From: Candidatus Binatia bacterium
Lineage (GTDB): Bacteria; Desulfobacterota; Binatia; HRBIN30
DNA: 64,000 nucleotides
NCBI GenBank assembly: GCA_038245295.1
Contig: JBBRSP010000003.1
Span: 128,001 to 192,000 of the forward strand
Direction: 5' to 3'
Part shown: positions 1-9,652 of the stretch, one piece after another
Layout of the letters: each line of letters opens with the position of its first letter
Numbering within the stretch: position 1 is the first letter of the stretch
Notes under the pieces: generated by a model
Seen by the model: only the letters and a program-made list of their open reading frames with translations
Database searches by the model: none
Told to the model about the DNA's origin: nothing
Translations under genes and position numbers: made by a program

Positions 1-1
1 G

Positions 2-835
2 CAGGCGCCGCGGCCGCTAAACATCAAGATCAGATCCGGCAGCGTAGCGGTCACCAAGCAACTGCGCGTGCGGGTATGGAACGGCAACATTGCGCCGTTG
101 GATGCTCAAGCAATTCCGATTCAATTGATCGTCACGTCGAGCGATTGTCCCGCCGGTACGGTGGGGCTGCCTGACTTTGTCCGTTCGACGCCCGGCGCCG
201 ATGATCATGTGAATCTGGCTGGGGGAGCTTCGGCGTCCGCGGTTGTACCGCTGACGTTCCGGGCCGACAGCTTCAAGTCCCTCAGCTTCCGTTCTCCGGT
301 ACGCTGTACCGTGATGATCGAGGCCCGGGTCGACTTGGCCGGCAATCAAGACCCAACGCCTGACAACAACATCGTGCCGGTCGAGTTGAATGTCGTGGAT
401 GCCAACGATGCCGATGTCTTATTGCCCGAGCAATCGGCGGCGTTGAGTGCCAAGCCGCTCCAGATCCGCATCCCGAAGGGTGGATCGAGTGTCCAGAAGA
501 ACGCCTTTGTGAAGGTAGCCAACGTATCCACCGGGCCGCTCAGCTACTCGTTGGTTTCTGTCTTAGCGGGGGCGGGGGACTGTCCCGCCGGAACGATCGG
601 TGCGGTCGTCTTGGACCCCAACAATGTGCCTCCGATGCAGACCTTTCTGGCGAGCGGTCAACAGCGGCGGGCGAAAGTGACGTTGCTCTTGGATGCCAAG
701 GATTTTCCGACGGCGCTGAAGGAGCGGCCGCGCCGTTGCATCGTGACGGTCACGGTGAGCGGTTCCCTCGCAGACCTCGATCCGTCGAATGACGCGACGT
801 TACTGACGCTGGACATCAGCGACAGCAACTTGTGA
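2..835 (+). CDS. C-terminal part of a secreted protein with tandem Cys-containing beta-sandwich (CARDB-like) repeats; 5' end outside window
   Basis: Frame is open from base 2 (QAPRPLNIKIRSG...). Two similar units: PLxIxI...DCPAGT...RC...DxxPxN. Confidence 0.7.
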   Translation, partial: QAPRPLNIKIRSGSVAVTKQLRVRVWNGNIAPLDAQAIPIQLIVTSSDCPAGTVGLPDFVRSTPGADDHVNLAGGASASAVVPLTFRADSFKSLSFRSPVRCTVMIEARVDLAGNQDPTPDNNIVPVELNVVDANDADVLLPEQSAALSAKPLQIRIPKGGSSVQKNAFVKVANVSTGPLSYSLVSVLAGAGDCPAGTIGAVVLDPNNVPPMQTFLASGQQRRAKVTLLLDAKDFPTALKERPRRCIVTVTVSGSLADLDPSNDATLLTLDISDSNL

Positions 836-842
836 GAACGAA

Positions 843-2168
843 TTAACGAACCGCGTAGACGCAGCCGCCCAGCGTCGCGACGTAGATCGTCGCGTTTCCA
901 TTGGTATCGCGCGTTACCGCGGGGGAGGAAACGATGGACCCACCGGCGAGGGGGATCACCGTCGGGGTTCCGGCGGTTGTACCCTCGTCCTCGACGACGA
1001 GCAGCCCACGGTTATCCGTGCCGAAGACGATGACACGTTTACCAGCGCTGTCGACCAGGACGGCGGGAGACGAATGAACTGTTGTGCCAAGGTCGAGGCC
1101 CCAACTCGGCGCACCCGACGATTTGTTTCTGGCAAACAACTCGTTTCCACCGGCGATGTAGAGGTGATCGCCGGCAAGCGCCGGAGAGGCGACCACCGGG
1201 CCGTTAACCTTGACGGCGTAGTCGACCACACCCTGAGCCCGAATCCGGTACAGATGGCCGTCCTGGTCAACGGGGTAGACGATATTGTCGGTCGGTAGGG
1301 CTGCATCGTAGTCATCGATCAGTACGGCGGTCGAAACCGGGGCTGCGGTAGCAATGGCCCAGAAGATCCGCCCGGTTGAATTGAAGGCCCGTACCTGGTT
1401 GTCGGCGCTGCCGGCGTAGATCGTATTGTTCCGATCCACTCCAGGGGTGCTCGACACAGGGTCGGGGAATGAGTCGCCGAAACGTAGGACGCCGTTCGGG
1501 CAGAAGCCGGCGAAGATGCCGCCGGTGGAGCCAAGAAAAACGGTTCCATCGGCGGTGATGTTGGGTGAGCCCAAGCCAATCCCGGTGATCAACGCGGGCC
1601 AGACTGTCGCTTCCGTCGTGCCGGTTTTGTTCACGTGGAACAGCGAGCCACCCTCAGACGAGAAGAACAGCGCGTCGTCGTCCGGACCGCCACGGGTGAC
1701 CGCTATGGCCGTGCTGTGGATGGCGAAATCCGTCTGGAAGGAGAAGTTGTCGGTGGGCAACTTCGCGCCGGTGCTTGGATCGAGTGCGTACATCCGGCCG
1801 TTTTGATTGCCGATGAATAGGCGCTTGTCGCCTTTGCTGAAGACTGGCGAGGCGACGAACTGTTCGAAGGGCGGATTCTCACCATCGCCCTGGCATGCCG
1901 CATCCAGAGCCGCGCAGGCGTCGGGGGAGTCATAGGTGCAGGATTCATTCGTGTGGGCACGAAACACCCAGACGGGCTTCGGGGCTGGGGCGAGGGACGT
2001 ATTTTCGATGCGACCGGTGTTCTGGACGTCGTGCCGGAATTTGGGCCAGCTGGATGCAGCCAGGGTAGACCCGGGATCGAATTCGCAATGAATCGTTGAA
2101 CCGCCGCCGCTGCTGCAGCCGATCGTCGTGGCGAGGACAGCGAAAAGCAATATGGACGTATGTTTCAT
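843..2168 (-). CDS. PQQ-type beta-propeller repeat lipoprotein
   Basis: Lipobox MKHTSILLFAVLATTIGC; WPKFRHDVQNTG motif; repeated SSP..IY/GxLYAL blades. ATG at 2168 overlaps the upstream TGA (ATGA). Confidence 0.8.
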   Translation of the reverse strand: MKHTSILLFAVLATTIGCSSGGGSTIHCEFDPGSTLAASSWPKFRHDVQNTGRIENTSLAPAPKPVWVFRAHTNESCTYDSPDACAALDAACQGDGENPPFEQFVASPVFSKGDKRLFIGNQNGRMYALDPSTGAKLPTDNFSFQTDFAIHSTAIAVTRGGPDDDALFFSSEGGSLFHVNKTGTTEATVWPALITGIGLGSPNITADGTVFLGSTGGIFAGFCPNGVLRFGDSFPDPVSSTPGVDRNNTIYAGSADNQVRAFNSTGRIFWAIATAAPVSTAVLIDDYDAALPTDNIVYPVDQDGHLYRIRAQGVVDYAVKVNGPVVASPALAGDHLYIAGGNELFARNKSSGAPSWGLDLGTTVHSSPAVLVDSAGKRVIVFGTDNRGLLVVEDEGTTAGTPTVIPLAGGSIVSSPAVTRDTNGNATIYVATLGGCVYAVR

Positions 2169-3697
2169 GATCCCCTGATGCGGAACATGCCGCGGCTGGT
2201 GCCGATCCAAATTGTCCCGTCCGCGGCCATTGCCGGTGACGACAGGATGGCTTCTCCATCCGTCAGCACCAACGGCGAGTTGCTGCGCAGTTCGAGAGTG
2301 GTTGCATCAAGCGCATACAATCGCCCCGTATCGGTGGCGAAGACGAGAGTTCCCTCAAATGTGGTGATCGGCGAGGACAATACGTTCCCCTCGATTGTCG
2401 GGATGAGGTCGCTGTCGATCACTGCTCCGGTGCGTGTTGTAATGATCTTCACCTTGCCGCTGCGCGTGACGGCGAAGAGGGTGGAGTCCGTAAGGGATGG
2501 CGTGACCGATATCGTAGGCGACGCGGTTGCCGTCGCCGTGGCGGTTATCGTCCGCACCACCGTGCTGGTGGGAGGAGGCGTCGGGGTCGGCGTCTGGGTC
2601 GGTGTTGCGCTGGCGCTCACCGCCGTGGCGGTCGGCGTCTCGGTGGGTTCCAGTTGGATACTGAGTAGCGCGGTCCCGACAAACTCCTCGTTGCTGAACG
2701 TATTGTGCCACACGATGGTGCGGCCGTCCTGAGTAAGCGCCCAGGCTTCGGCGGTGGTGGTGGTCGCGTTGGTGTCGGGGTTGGTCGTGGTGCTCGTGCC
2801 GGTTGCAAAGGTCAATGCGTTGCCTACCATCGGCGACATCGTCCACGTAGAATCCGGGTGACGCAGCGGGCCAAGAGCCCGGCGCCAGAGCAGCGTGCCA
2901 TGGGTTGTCAGCGCGACGAGCTCACCGTTGGCTTCTGGCTCGCCCGGCGGGGGCAGGCCGTCGACCGAGAGAATGATGAAGTCGCCGGTGGCCGAGGCGG
3001 CCTTGCTGGTGACCGGGCCGATTGGCCGGCCGTTCTCGCCGGAATACTCCCACAGTAAGGAACCGTTTCCGGTGACCGCGTAGATTTTGCCGTACGGTGC
3101 GGCCGGTGCCGGTGGCGTGATTTTGGCCCCAAGGATGATTGCGGTGATGTCTAGAGTGGCGGAATTGATCAATACGAGTGGCGAAGAAACGAAGGAGACC
3201 GTCGCGCCGGGGACGCTCGGCTGAAAGCAGAATTGGCAGGTGCCGGAGGTTCCGTGGTCTTGGAAGACGAGAAGTTTGCCGTCGTCGGACCCGACCGACA
3301 GCGTCGGCACGTCGCGTATGATCGCCAGCGCGGCCGACGAATGAATCGCTCCCAGAGTGGGGCAGGCGGCGTTGCATTGGTCGGTCTTCCATTTGAGGGC
3401 GGTTCCGTCAGCCCGAATCGCGGCGAACGTGCCACCCTCGGTGCCTACATAGACGTCGCCACCCACGCCAATCGCCGCGGTGGCGGAGACGGCGCTGCCG
3501 TCGATCTCGATTGGCGTTGGTGCAGTCGCAGGCAGGCCGACAAAATCATCGATCGAGGCACCCGAATTCGAGCTGTCGTGACGGAAGGATCCCCAAGGGA
3601 TCGTCGGAGGGATCGGTGCGCTGCTGCCCCCACCACTGGAACACGCAGCGCACAAGGCGGCGAGTGCCAATGCTGCTACGGAGCGCCGAATCATCAT
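2165..3697 (-). CDS. PQQ-type beta-propeller repeat lipoprotein with internal Thr/Pro linker
   Basis: Lipobox ALCAAC; WGSFRHDSSNSG; GRLYALDA blades; PTETPTAT...TPTPTPPPT insert. Confidence 0.8.
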   Translation of the reverse strand: MMIRRSVAALALAALCAACSSGGGSSAPIPPTIPWGSFRHDSSNSGASIDDFVGLPATAPTPIEIDGSAVSATAAIGVGGDVYVGTEGGTFAAIRADGTALKWKTDQCNAACPTLGAIHSSAALAIIRDVPTLSVGSDDGKLLVFQDHGTSGTCQFCFQPSVPGATVSFVSSPLVLINSATLDITAIILGAKITPPAPAAPYGKIYAVTGNGSLLWEYSGENGRPIGPVTSKAASATGDFIILSVDGLPPPGEPEANGELVALTTHGTLLWRRALGPLRHPDSTWTMSPMVGNALTFATGTSTTTNPDTNATTTTAEAWALTQDGRTIVWHNTFSNEEFVGTALLSIQLEPTETPTATAVSASATPTQTPTPTPPPTSTVVRTITATATATASPTISVTPSLTDSTLFAVTRSGKVKIITTRTGAVIDSDLIPTIEGNVLSSPITTFEGTLVFATDTGRLYALDATTLELRSNSPLVLTDGEAILSSPAMAADGTIWIGTSRGMFRIRGS

Positions 3698-3746
3698 CGG
3701 CGGGGACTTCGCACAGGGATAGTCGAACTGCAATCCCAGGTTGGCT

Positions 3747-4307
3747 TCAGCCGATGCGGCGCTGCGCCACGAGCTGCGCGATGTGGGCTGTCGCATCACG
3801 GCTCAGGCCCTCATAGGAATGGAGAATGTCCCAAGTATCAAACTCGCTGCGCAGCTCCCCGGGCCGAAGCAGGAAGGCTGGGTTGCGCGGATGGCCAAGC
3901 GCAGCTTGTTCGATGGTGAAGGTTTCGAACACGACAATTCCGCCAGGCCGGACCGCTTCTTTGATCGGTCGCCAAAGGTTGCGCTGCAGATACCGAAAGT
4001 TCAACACAACACCGTAGCGCGAGCGCGGTAGCGGGAATTCCTCGAGATCGGCTTGGACCGCGAGCAGCCGGAGCCTCTCGTCGCGGCCTACACGCACCGC
4101 CCGCGCCAGGGGAGTGTGGGCGAGATCAATGAGATCGACATCGTGCCCGCGGCGCGCCAGGTGCAAGCCATTCTGGCCGGCGCCGCAGGCGAGGTCGAGG
4201 ACGCGCCCCTGAAGCACCGTTTCGTAGTCGCGCAGGAGCTGGGCTGGCGGAGGTTCGCCTACGTCCCTGCTGTACGTTGCATCCCACTTTTCGCGAGTCG
4301 AGGTCAT
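3747..4307 (-). CDS. Class I SAM-dependent methyltransferase (TehB-like)
   Basis: VLDLACGAGQN motif I; FRYLQR and VRPGG motifs. Confidence 0.8.
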   Translation of the reverse strand: MTSTREKWDATYSRDVGEPPPAQLLRDYETVLQGRVLDLACGAGQNGLHLARRGHDVDLIDLAHTPLARAVRVGRDERLRLLAVQADLEEFPLPRSRYGVVLNFRYLQRNLWRPIKEAVRPGGIVVFETFTIEQAALGHPRNPAFLLRPGELRSEFDTWDILHSYEGLSRDATAHIAQLVAQRRIG

Positions 4308-5039
4308 TTAGAGAACCGCCCGGGCGAGCACCAAGACATCCACGATGGTCGCGCCGTGGCGGCACAGAACGCGAGCGCACTCGTTGACCGTGGCGCCAGT
4401 CGTCATGACATCGTCGACGAGGAGAATTCGCCGTTCCCGGATTGCGTCGGGTCGGCGAACTCCAAACGCACCACGGACGTTTGATTGACGTTCGGAGGCC
4501 GACAACTCGACCTGAGGGCGCGTCGCCTGGCAGCGCTCGAGGGCCAACGGTTCGACGGGCGCGTCGTAATGCCGTGCGAGGTGACGTGCCAGCAGCAGCG
4601 CCTGGTTGAAACCGCGCCAGCGCAACCGTTCGAGATGCAAAGGGACGGGGAGGATGATGTCGTAAGCCGCGTCCTTTGGAGCTCTCTCTTTAATGAGGTC
4701 GGCGAAGGGACGGGCTAGCCAGAGATGGCGGCCGTATTTGTGCCGTTGGATGGCGTCGCGCAATGGTCGCGGTTGTGTCTCGATGGAATCGTACGCGGCA
4801 CACGCGCGTGCACGGCGAAACGCCGGGCGCTGCTGGATGCATCGACCGCAGCGGTGATCATTGCCGGCACGGGAGGGAAACGGCGTCCCGCAGATCAAAC
4901 AAAAAGGACTGTCGATCCTTGGTGTTAAGCGTTCACAGCGATCGCACAATCCTGGGCCCACCACGGCGCCGCCGCAGAGGCAGCTGAACGGATACAGGAG
5001 GTCGACGCATGACTTCGCAAGGCGGACAAACACGATCAC
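4308..5039 (-). CDS. comF: ComF family protein (double zinc ribbon + PRTase)
   Basis: Several CxxC motifs; PVPLH..RLRWRGFNQA; LLVDDVMTTGAT. Confidence 0.9.
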   Translation of the reverse strand: MIVFVRLAKSCVDLLYPFSCLCGGAVVGPGLCDRCERLTPRIDSPFCLICGTPFPSRAGNDHRCGRCIQQRPAFRRARACAAYDSIETQPRPLRDAIQRHKYGRHLWLARPFADLIKERAPKDAAYDIILPVPLHLERLRWRGFNQALLLARHLARHYDAPVEPLALERCQATRPQVELSASERQSNVRGAFGVRRPDAIRERRILLVDDVMTTGATVNECARVLCRHGATIVDVLVLARAVL

Positions 5040-5121
5040 CCTATGCTACGGGCAAGTCTACGGGCGTGCAACTCAGGCTGGAGACTTGCATGACCGAGCC
5101 TGGTCGCTAAAGCCGACGACT

Positions 5122-5472
5122 ATGCGGTGCCGCTACTGTGGCGATCGGGCTGGTTGGCTGCGGCGCCAGTGCGGGGACTGCCGTCGTCTCTTGGGGGTGG
5201 CCAGCGAGCATCGCGGTGCCGACATGGTGAGCTTGGCCGCAGCGTTCCAGGCGACTGGCATAGCGTCGGATCGTATCGATCGCTTTCTCGATGCGGATCC
5301 ACTTGGTTCGGGAAGTGTGCGCGACCAAATCGCGGCGGACACCGCAAACGTACTCTTGGAGGCTCTCGGCAGTCGCAAACGCCACACGGCGCAAGATATT
5401 GCCAAGCTACGGGCCAAGGGATCCTGGCGGTCGATGGATCGACGCCCGGAGGAGCCACCCGGGGATGAGTGA
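5122..5472 (+). CDS. Hypothetical protein with N-terminal zinc ribbon
   Basis: MRCRYC...QCGDC; fills the gap divergent from comF. Confidence 0.6.
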   Translation: MRCRYCGDRAGWLRRQCGDCRRLLGVASEHRGADMVSLAAAFQATGIASDRIDRFLDADPLGSGSVRDQIAADTANVLLEALGSRKRHTAQDIAKLRAKGSWRSMDRRPEEPPGDE

Positions 5473-5518
5473 TTGTCTTTGACTGCGTCGCGCTTGCGTC
5501 CTATGATCCGCGCGGTCG

Positions 5519-5692
5519 ATGAATTCACTCAAGAAATTTATCATAGGGTTCGCCGCTGGCATTGGCATCGCGTACTGGTACTTGCACTATTACGACGTAA
5601 GCCGAGAAGACACGACTCGATGGTTCAGCGGAACCGCATCCAACTACCGCAGCGACAAGCACAAGAGCTTGGCCGACGAAGCGGCTCGCTGA
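5519..5692 (+). CDS. 57-aa small membrane protein (not in ORF track)
   Basis: Hand translation MNSLKKFIIGFAAGIGIAYWYLHYYDVSREDTTRWFSGTASNYRSDKHKSLADEAAR; KK followed by a hydrophobic helix. Confidence 0.6.
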   Translation: MNSLKKFIIGFAAGIGIAYWYLHYYDVSREDTTRWFSGTASNYRSDKHKSLADEAAR

Positions 5693-5715
5693 GTCGACCC
5701 TCCTGACGAAATTCT

Positions 5716-6909
5716 ATGCTTAAGGCGCTCGACGATGTGCGCGTGGTGGATCTTACCCGCGTGGTGGCTGGACCGTATGCGACCCAATTGCTCGGGGACA
5801 TGGGTGCCGACATCATTAAGGTGGAACTGCCAGGTCGGGGTGACGATGGTCGGCATGGTTACCCCTCGGTGGATGACGTACCGATTGCCTTTCTGGCTTT
5901 GAACCGGAACAAGCGTGGAATAACACTCGATATCCGCAAACCTCAGGGCCAGGAGATCCTGCGCAAACTGGTGGCGAATGCAGACGTGGTCATTGAAAAT
6001 TTTGCGGCGGGCACCATGGACCGATGGGGAGTGGGTTACTCGGCGTTATCGGCGGTAAATCCGAAGCTCGTGTATGCGGCGCTGTCGGGGTTTGGACAAA
6101 CAGGCCCCTACGCGAATCGAACCTCCTATGACATCATCGCACAAGCGATGGGCGGGCTGATGGGCATCACGGGCTTTGCCGATGGCCCACCGACTCGCGG
6201 CGGTGGCGCGCTGGGTGACTTCATCGGCGGCATCTTTGCGGCGTACGGTGTCCTTTGTGCGCTTCACTTTCGCAGCCGGAGCGGGCGCGGTCAGTTAGTT
6301 GATATCTCAAATATGGACGCGATCCTGTCGATGACCGATAACTGGCCGACGGTATTCGGAGTCACCGGCCGTGAACCACAGCGCATGGGCAACCGTCATC
6401 CCTTTACGGCGCCCTACGATTGCTTCCACGCCAAGGACGGATGGGTCGTCGTTGGAGTCGGCAACAGCGCCCTGTTTCGCACGCTGATGACGGCGATCGG
6501 CAAAGAAGAGCTGGGTCGAGATCCGCGCTACAAGTCGCCGCCGGCGCGCCTTGAACGACACGACGAGGTCAATCGACTCGTCGGCGATTGGGTGGCGGAG
6601 CGCGACGTCGCTGAAGTCATGCGCATCCTGGGGCCCGAGGGTGCCAATATTCCTTGCGCGCCCGTGATGACGGTCGACCGGTTGATGGACGATCCGCACG
6701 TGCGTTCGCGCCGAATGATCGTCGATCTGCATCACCCGCGTCTCGGCAAGATCCCGGTAACCGGTAGTCCTTTTCATCTCTCGGAGACGCCGGGTCGGGT
6801 CGAACGACTGGGGCCTGACCTGGGCCAAGACAATCGACAAGTGTATCAGGAGTTGTTGGGCCTGTCGGAGGCCGAGTTGGACGATCTGCGCGCGCAGGGT
6901 GTGATTTAG
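5716..6909 (+). CDS. Family III CoA-transferase (CaiB/BaiF)
   Basis: VVDLTRVVAGP, DMGADIIKVE, NRNKRGITLD, ADVVIENF; catalytic-position Asp in LGDFIGG. Confidence 0.93.
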   Translation: MLKALDDVRVVDLTRVVAGPYATQLLGDMGADIIKVELPGRGDDGRHGYPSVDDVPIAFLALNRNKRGITLDIRKPQGQEILRKLVANADVVIENFAAGTMDRWGVGYSALSAVNPKLVYAALSGFGQTGPYANRTSYDIIAQAMGGLMGITGFADGPPTRGGGALGDFIGGIFAAYGVLCALHFRSRSGRGQLVDISNMDAILSMTDNWPTVFGVTGREPQRMGNRHPFTAPYDCFHAKDGWVVVGVGNSALFRTLMTAIGKEELGRDPRYKSPPARLERHDEVNRLVGDWVAERDVAEVMRILGPEGANIPCAPVMTVDRLMDDPHVRSRRMIVDLHHPRLGKIPVTGSPFHLSETPGRVERLGPDLGQDNRQVYQELLGLSEAELDDLRAQGVI

Positions 6910-6918
6910 GAGGGTGGC

Positions 6919-7389
6919 ATGGAACTACCGATTATCCAAAAGCTCAAGAAGGACCTCGCCGAGCTGATGCATGAGTTCACCCACAAGATCCCCAAGGATT
7001 TGCAGGAGGCGGCAAGTCACGGTGATTTGAGCGAAAATGCCGAGTACGAGGCCGCAAAGAATCGCCAAGATTTCGTGCGGGCGCGGATCGCTCAGATGCA
7101 AAGTCGCATCCGAGACCTGTCGTTGTATAATCTGCAGTCGATTCCCGAAGGGGTCGTCGCTTACGGCAGCAAGGTGACTGTCGAAGTCGACGGAGGCGAA
7201 CAACAGGTCTACGAGATCGTTTTCCCCGAGGAGGTCAATGCTGCGATTGGTCTCATCTCGGTCAGCTCGCCGATCGGCCGGGCGTTGATCAACAAGGCGG
7301 TTGGGGACGACGTCGAAGTCCAGACGCCGCGTGGCAAACGTCAGTACACGGTCACCGAGGTGATCACCATCCATCAGCGTAATCTTTAG
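6919..7389 (+). CDS. greA: Transcription elongation factor GreA
   Basis: HGDLSENAEYEAAK; ISVSSPIGRALI; RBS AGGAGG. Confidence 0.93.
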   Translation: MELPIIQKLKKDLAELMHEFTHKIPKDLQEAASHGDLSENAEYEAAKNRQDFVRARIAQMQSRIRDLSLYNLQSIPEGVVAYGSKVTVEVDGGEQQVYEIVFPEEVNAAIGLISVSSPIGRALINKAVGDDVEVQTPRGKRQYTVTEVITIHQRNL

Positions 7390-7500
7390 CGAGAGCCGAA
7401 AGCGTTCAGTATCGCGCAACCGTCCAACATCGGACGCTTACCTTGCGACGGGCTAGCGGCGTGTGCTAGACCCCACAGGGTTCCCAGGCCTCTAGGGAAG

Positions 7501-7526
7501 GTGGGCCTTTCAGCCCACTTTTTTTG
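7501..7526 (+). promoter_or_regulatory. rimP leader hairpin (terminator/attenuator-like)
   Basis: GTGGGC-ctttca-GCCCAC followed by a T run, just before the rimP ATG; resembles leader hairpins found upstream of rimP-nusA operons. Confidence 0.65.
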
Positions 7527-7536
7527 TTTGGTGAAG

Positions 7537-8007
7537 ATGCACGAAAGCGTAGTTCAGCAGGTTTGGCACTTGGCAGAGTCCTTGGCCAGCCAAGAAGGCG
7601 TGGAGATCGTGGACGTTGAGTTCCGGCGTGAGAACCGGGGGACGGTGCTGCGCCTTTATATTGATAAGGCTGGTGGCGTGACGCTCGACGAGCTGGGTCG
7701 GACTAGCCGACAGCTCGGCGATATTCTCGACGCCAACGACACCGTTCCGGGGAAATACACTCTGGAGGTATCATCGCCGGGTATCTATCGCCGATTACGG
7801 CGACCGGAGCACTTTGCCCGCTTCATGGGGAAGCGTGTTCGAGTTCGCGCCACGATGCCGATTGAAGGGCGGCGCAGCTTTCTTGGGACTCTGACCGCGG
7901 TCGACGCAGAGGCGGTCGAGGTTTCCGAGGCGACGGGATCGTACCGCATTCGATATGCGGACATCGCGCAGGCCAACTACGAGCCCGAAGACATCGGAGA
8001 GGCGTGA
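7537..8007 (+). CDS. rimP: Ribosome maturation factor RimP
   Basis: LRLYIDK; YTLEVSSPG; lies before nusA. Confidence 0.95.
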   Translation: MHESVVQQVWHLAESLASQEGVEIVDVEFRRENRGTVLRLYIDKAGGVTLDELGRTSRQLGDILDANDTVPGKYTLEVSSPGIYRRLRRPEHFARFMGKRVRVRATMPIEGRRSFLGTLTAVDAEAVEVSEATGSYRIRYADIAQANYEPEDIGEA

Positions 8008-8016
8008 GGTGAGGGT

Positions 8017-9363
8017 ATGCAGCCAGAACTCAGCCGTGTGATCGAACAGGTCAGCAAGGAAAAGGGAATCGATAGAGCCACCGTAGTCGGCGCCGTCGAA
8101 GCGGCGATGTTGTCGGCGGCGCGTAAGGTGGTCGGTGCGACGACCCGACTGGAAGCGAAGTACAACGCCGACATTGGCGAGGTGGAGCTTTTCAAGATCC
8201 TGACGGTGGTCGAACATGTCACCGACCCCGAAGTGGAAATTACGATCGAAGCGGCACATGCCAATCTCGACCCCGAAGCGGAGCTCGGTGACGAGCTACT
8301 TGAGAAGCTCGACCAACGCTACGGGCGTATCGCTGCGCAAGCCGCAAAGCAGAATTTGATTCAGCGATTGCGCGATGCCGAGCGCGACATCATCTACAAC
8401 GAGTTCAAGGACCGCAAAGGCGAGATCACCCACTCGGGGATCGTGCAACGGTTCGAGAAGAAGAACATTATCGTCAACCTTGGCCGAACGGACGCGATTC
8501 TTCCTGAGAAGGAACAGATTCCGCGTGAGCGCTACCGGCAAGGCGATCGGATTCGAGCCTTCATCCTCGATGTCGAAATGACCAGTAAGGGGCCGCAAAT
8601 CGTTTTGTCGCGGACCCATCCTGGCTTTTTGATGAAGCTCTTCGAGCAGGAAGTGCCTGAAGTCTACGAAGGCATCGTCGAAATCAAAGGCGCGGCGCGC
8701 GAACCAGGCGGTCGCGCCAAGATTGCCGTTGTGTCCAACGACCCCGATGTCGATCCGGTGGGCGCCTGCGTCGGCATGAAGGGAACGCGCGTTCAGTCCG
8801 TGGTCCAGGAATTGCGCGGTGAGAAGATCGATATCGTCCATTGGACGGCGGATCCGGCCGAGTTTGTCTGTCGAGCGCTCGCGCCGGCCAAGGTAACAAA
8901 GATCATCATGGACGAGGACGAGCGGGCGATGGAAGTCATCGTGCCTGACGACCAGCTGTCACTGGCGATCGGTCGCAAGGGGCAAAACGTTCGCTTGGCC
9001 TCGCGCCTGACGAATTTCAAGCTTGATGCGCGTAGCGAATCCGAGGCCGAGGACGAGGCGCGTAGCGCCCGTGCGTCGCTCACGGCGGTGCCTGGCATCG
9101 GCGATGTGACGGCGGAGCTGCTTTATCAAAACGGCTTCAAGTCACCGGAAGAAGTGTCGCAAGCCGACGAGTCGACGCTTGGCGAAATCGAAGGAATCTC
9201 TCCCGACAAGGTTTCCACGATTCTCAAGGCGGTGCGCGCTTATCTTGAAGCTCCTCCGGCCGTCGAGGCTGAGGCAACGGAAGCGGCGGAGGATTCTCCA
9301 GCCGTGGACGTCAGCAGCGAGACGCCCGCCACAGAGTCGGTTAAGGAAGGCGAGGCATCGTGA
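8017..9363 (+). CDS. nusA: Transcription termination/antitermination factor NusA
   Basis: [41 protein letters not shown]. Confidence 0.98.
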   Translation: MQPELSRVIEQVSKEKGIDRATVVGAVEAAMLSAARKVVGATTRLEAKYNADIGEVELFKILTVVEHVTDPEVEITIEAAHANLDPEAELGDELLEKLDQRYGRIAAQAAKQNLIQRLRDAERDIIYNEFKDRKGEITHSGIVQRFEKKNIIVNLGRTDAILPEKEQIPRERYRQGDRIRAFILDVEMTSKGPQIVLSRTHPGFLMKLFEQEVPEVYEGIVEIKGAAREPGGRAKIAVVSNDPDVDPVGACVGMKGTRVQSVVQELRGEKIDIVHWTADPAEFVCRALAPAKVTKIIMDEDERAMEVIVPDDQLSLAIGRKGQNVRLASRLTNFKLDARSESEAEDEARSARASLTAVPGIGDVTAELLYQNGFKSPEEVSQADESTLGEIEGISPDKVSTILKAVRAYLEAPPAVEAEATEAAEDSPAVDVSSETPATESVKEGEAS

Positions 9364-9644
9364 GTCACTCGCCTACGCCCGTCCGCACATGCGTTGGCTG
9401 CGGCGATCGTTCGCCCCAAGCCGCGCTGCTGCGACTTCGTCTTTCTACCGACGGCGCCCTGCGCCTGGCGGCACGGCGAGATCAGGGTGGGCGGTCGGCA
9501 TACTTGCATAGAGCCGAGAGCTGCTGGGAAAAATTTGCAAAGCGCAAAGGGCCACTGCGGTCCTTGCGGAGTTCGGTTGATCGCGGAGTGCGCGCCGCGT
9601 TTGTGTGCGGGCTACAAGACGGGAAGTTTCTGTCATTGAGGTGA
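9360..9644 (+). CDS. ylxR: YlxR/DUF448 RNA-binding protein
   Basis: [15 protein letters not shown]; between nusA and infB. Confidence 0.85.
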   Translation: MSHSPTPVRTCVGCGDRSPQAALLRLRLSTDGALRLAARRDQGGRSAYLHRAESCWEKFAKRKGPLRSLRSSVDRGVRAAFVCGLQDGKFLSLR

Positions 9645-9652
9645 GTTTGGGG

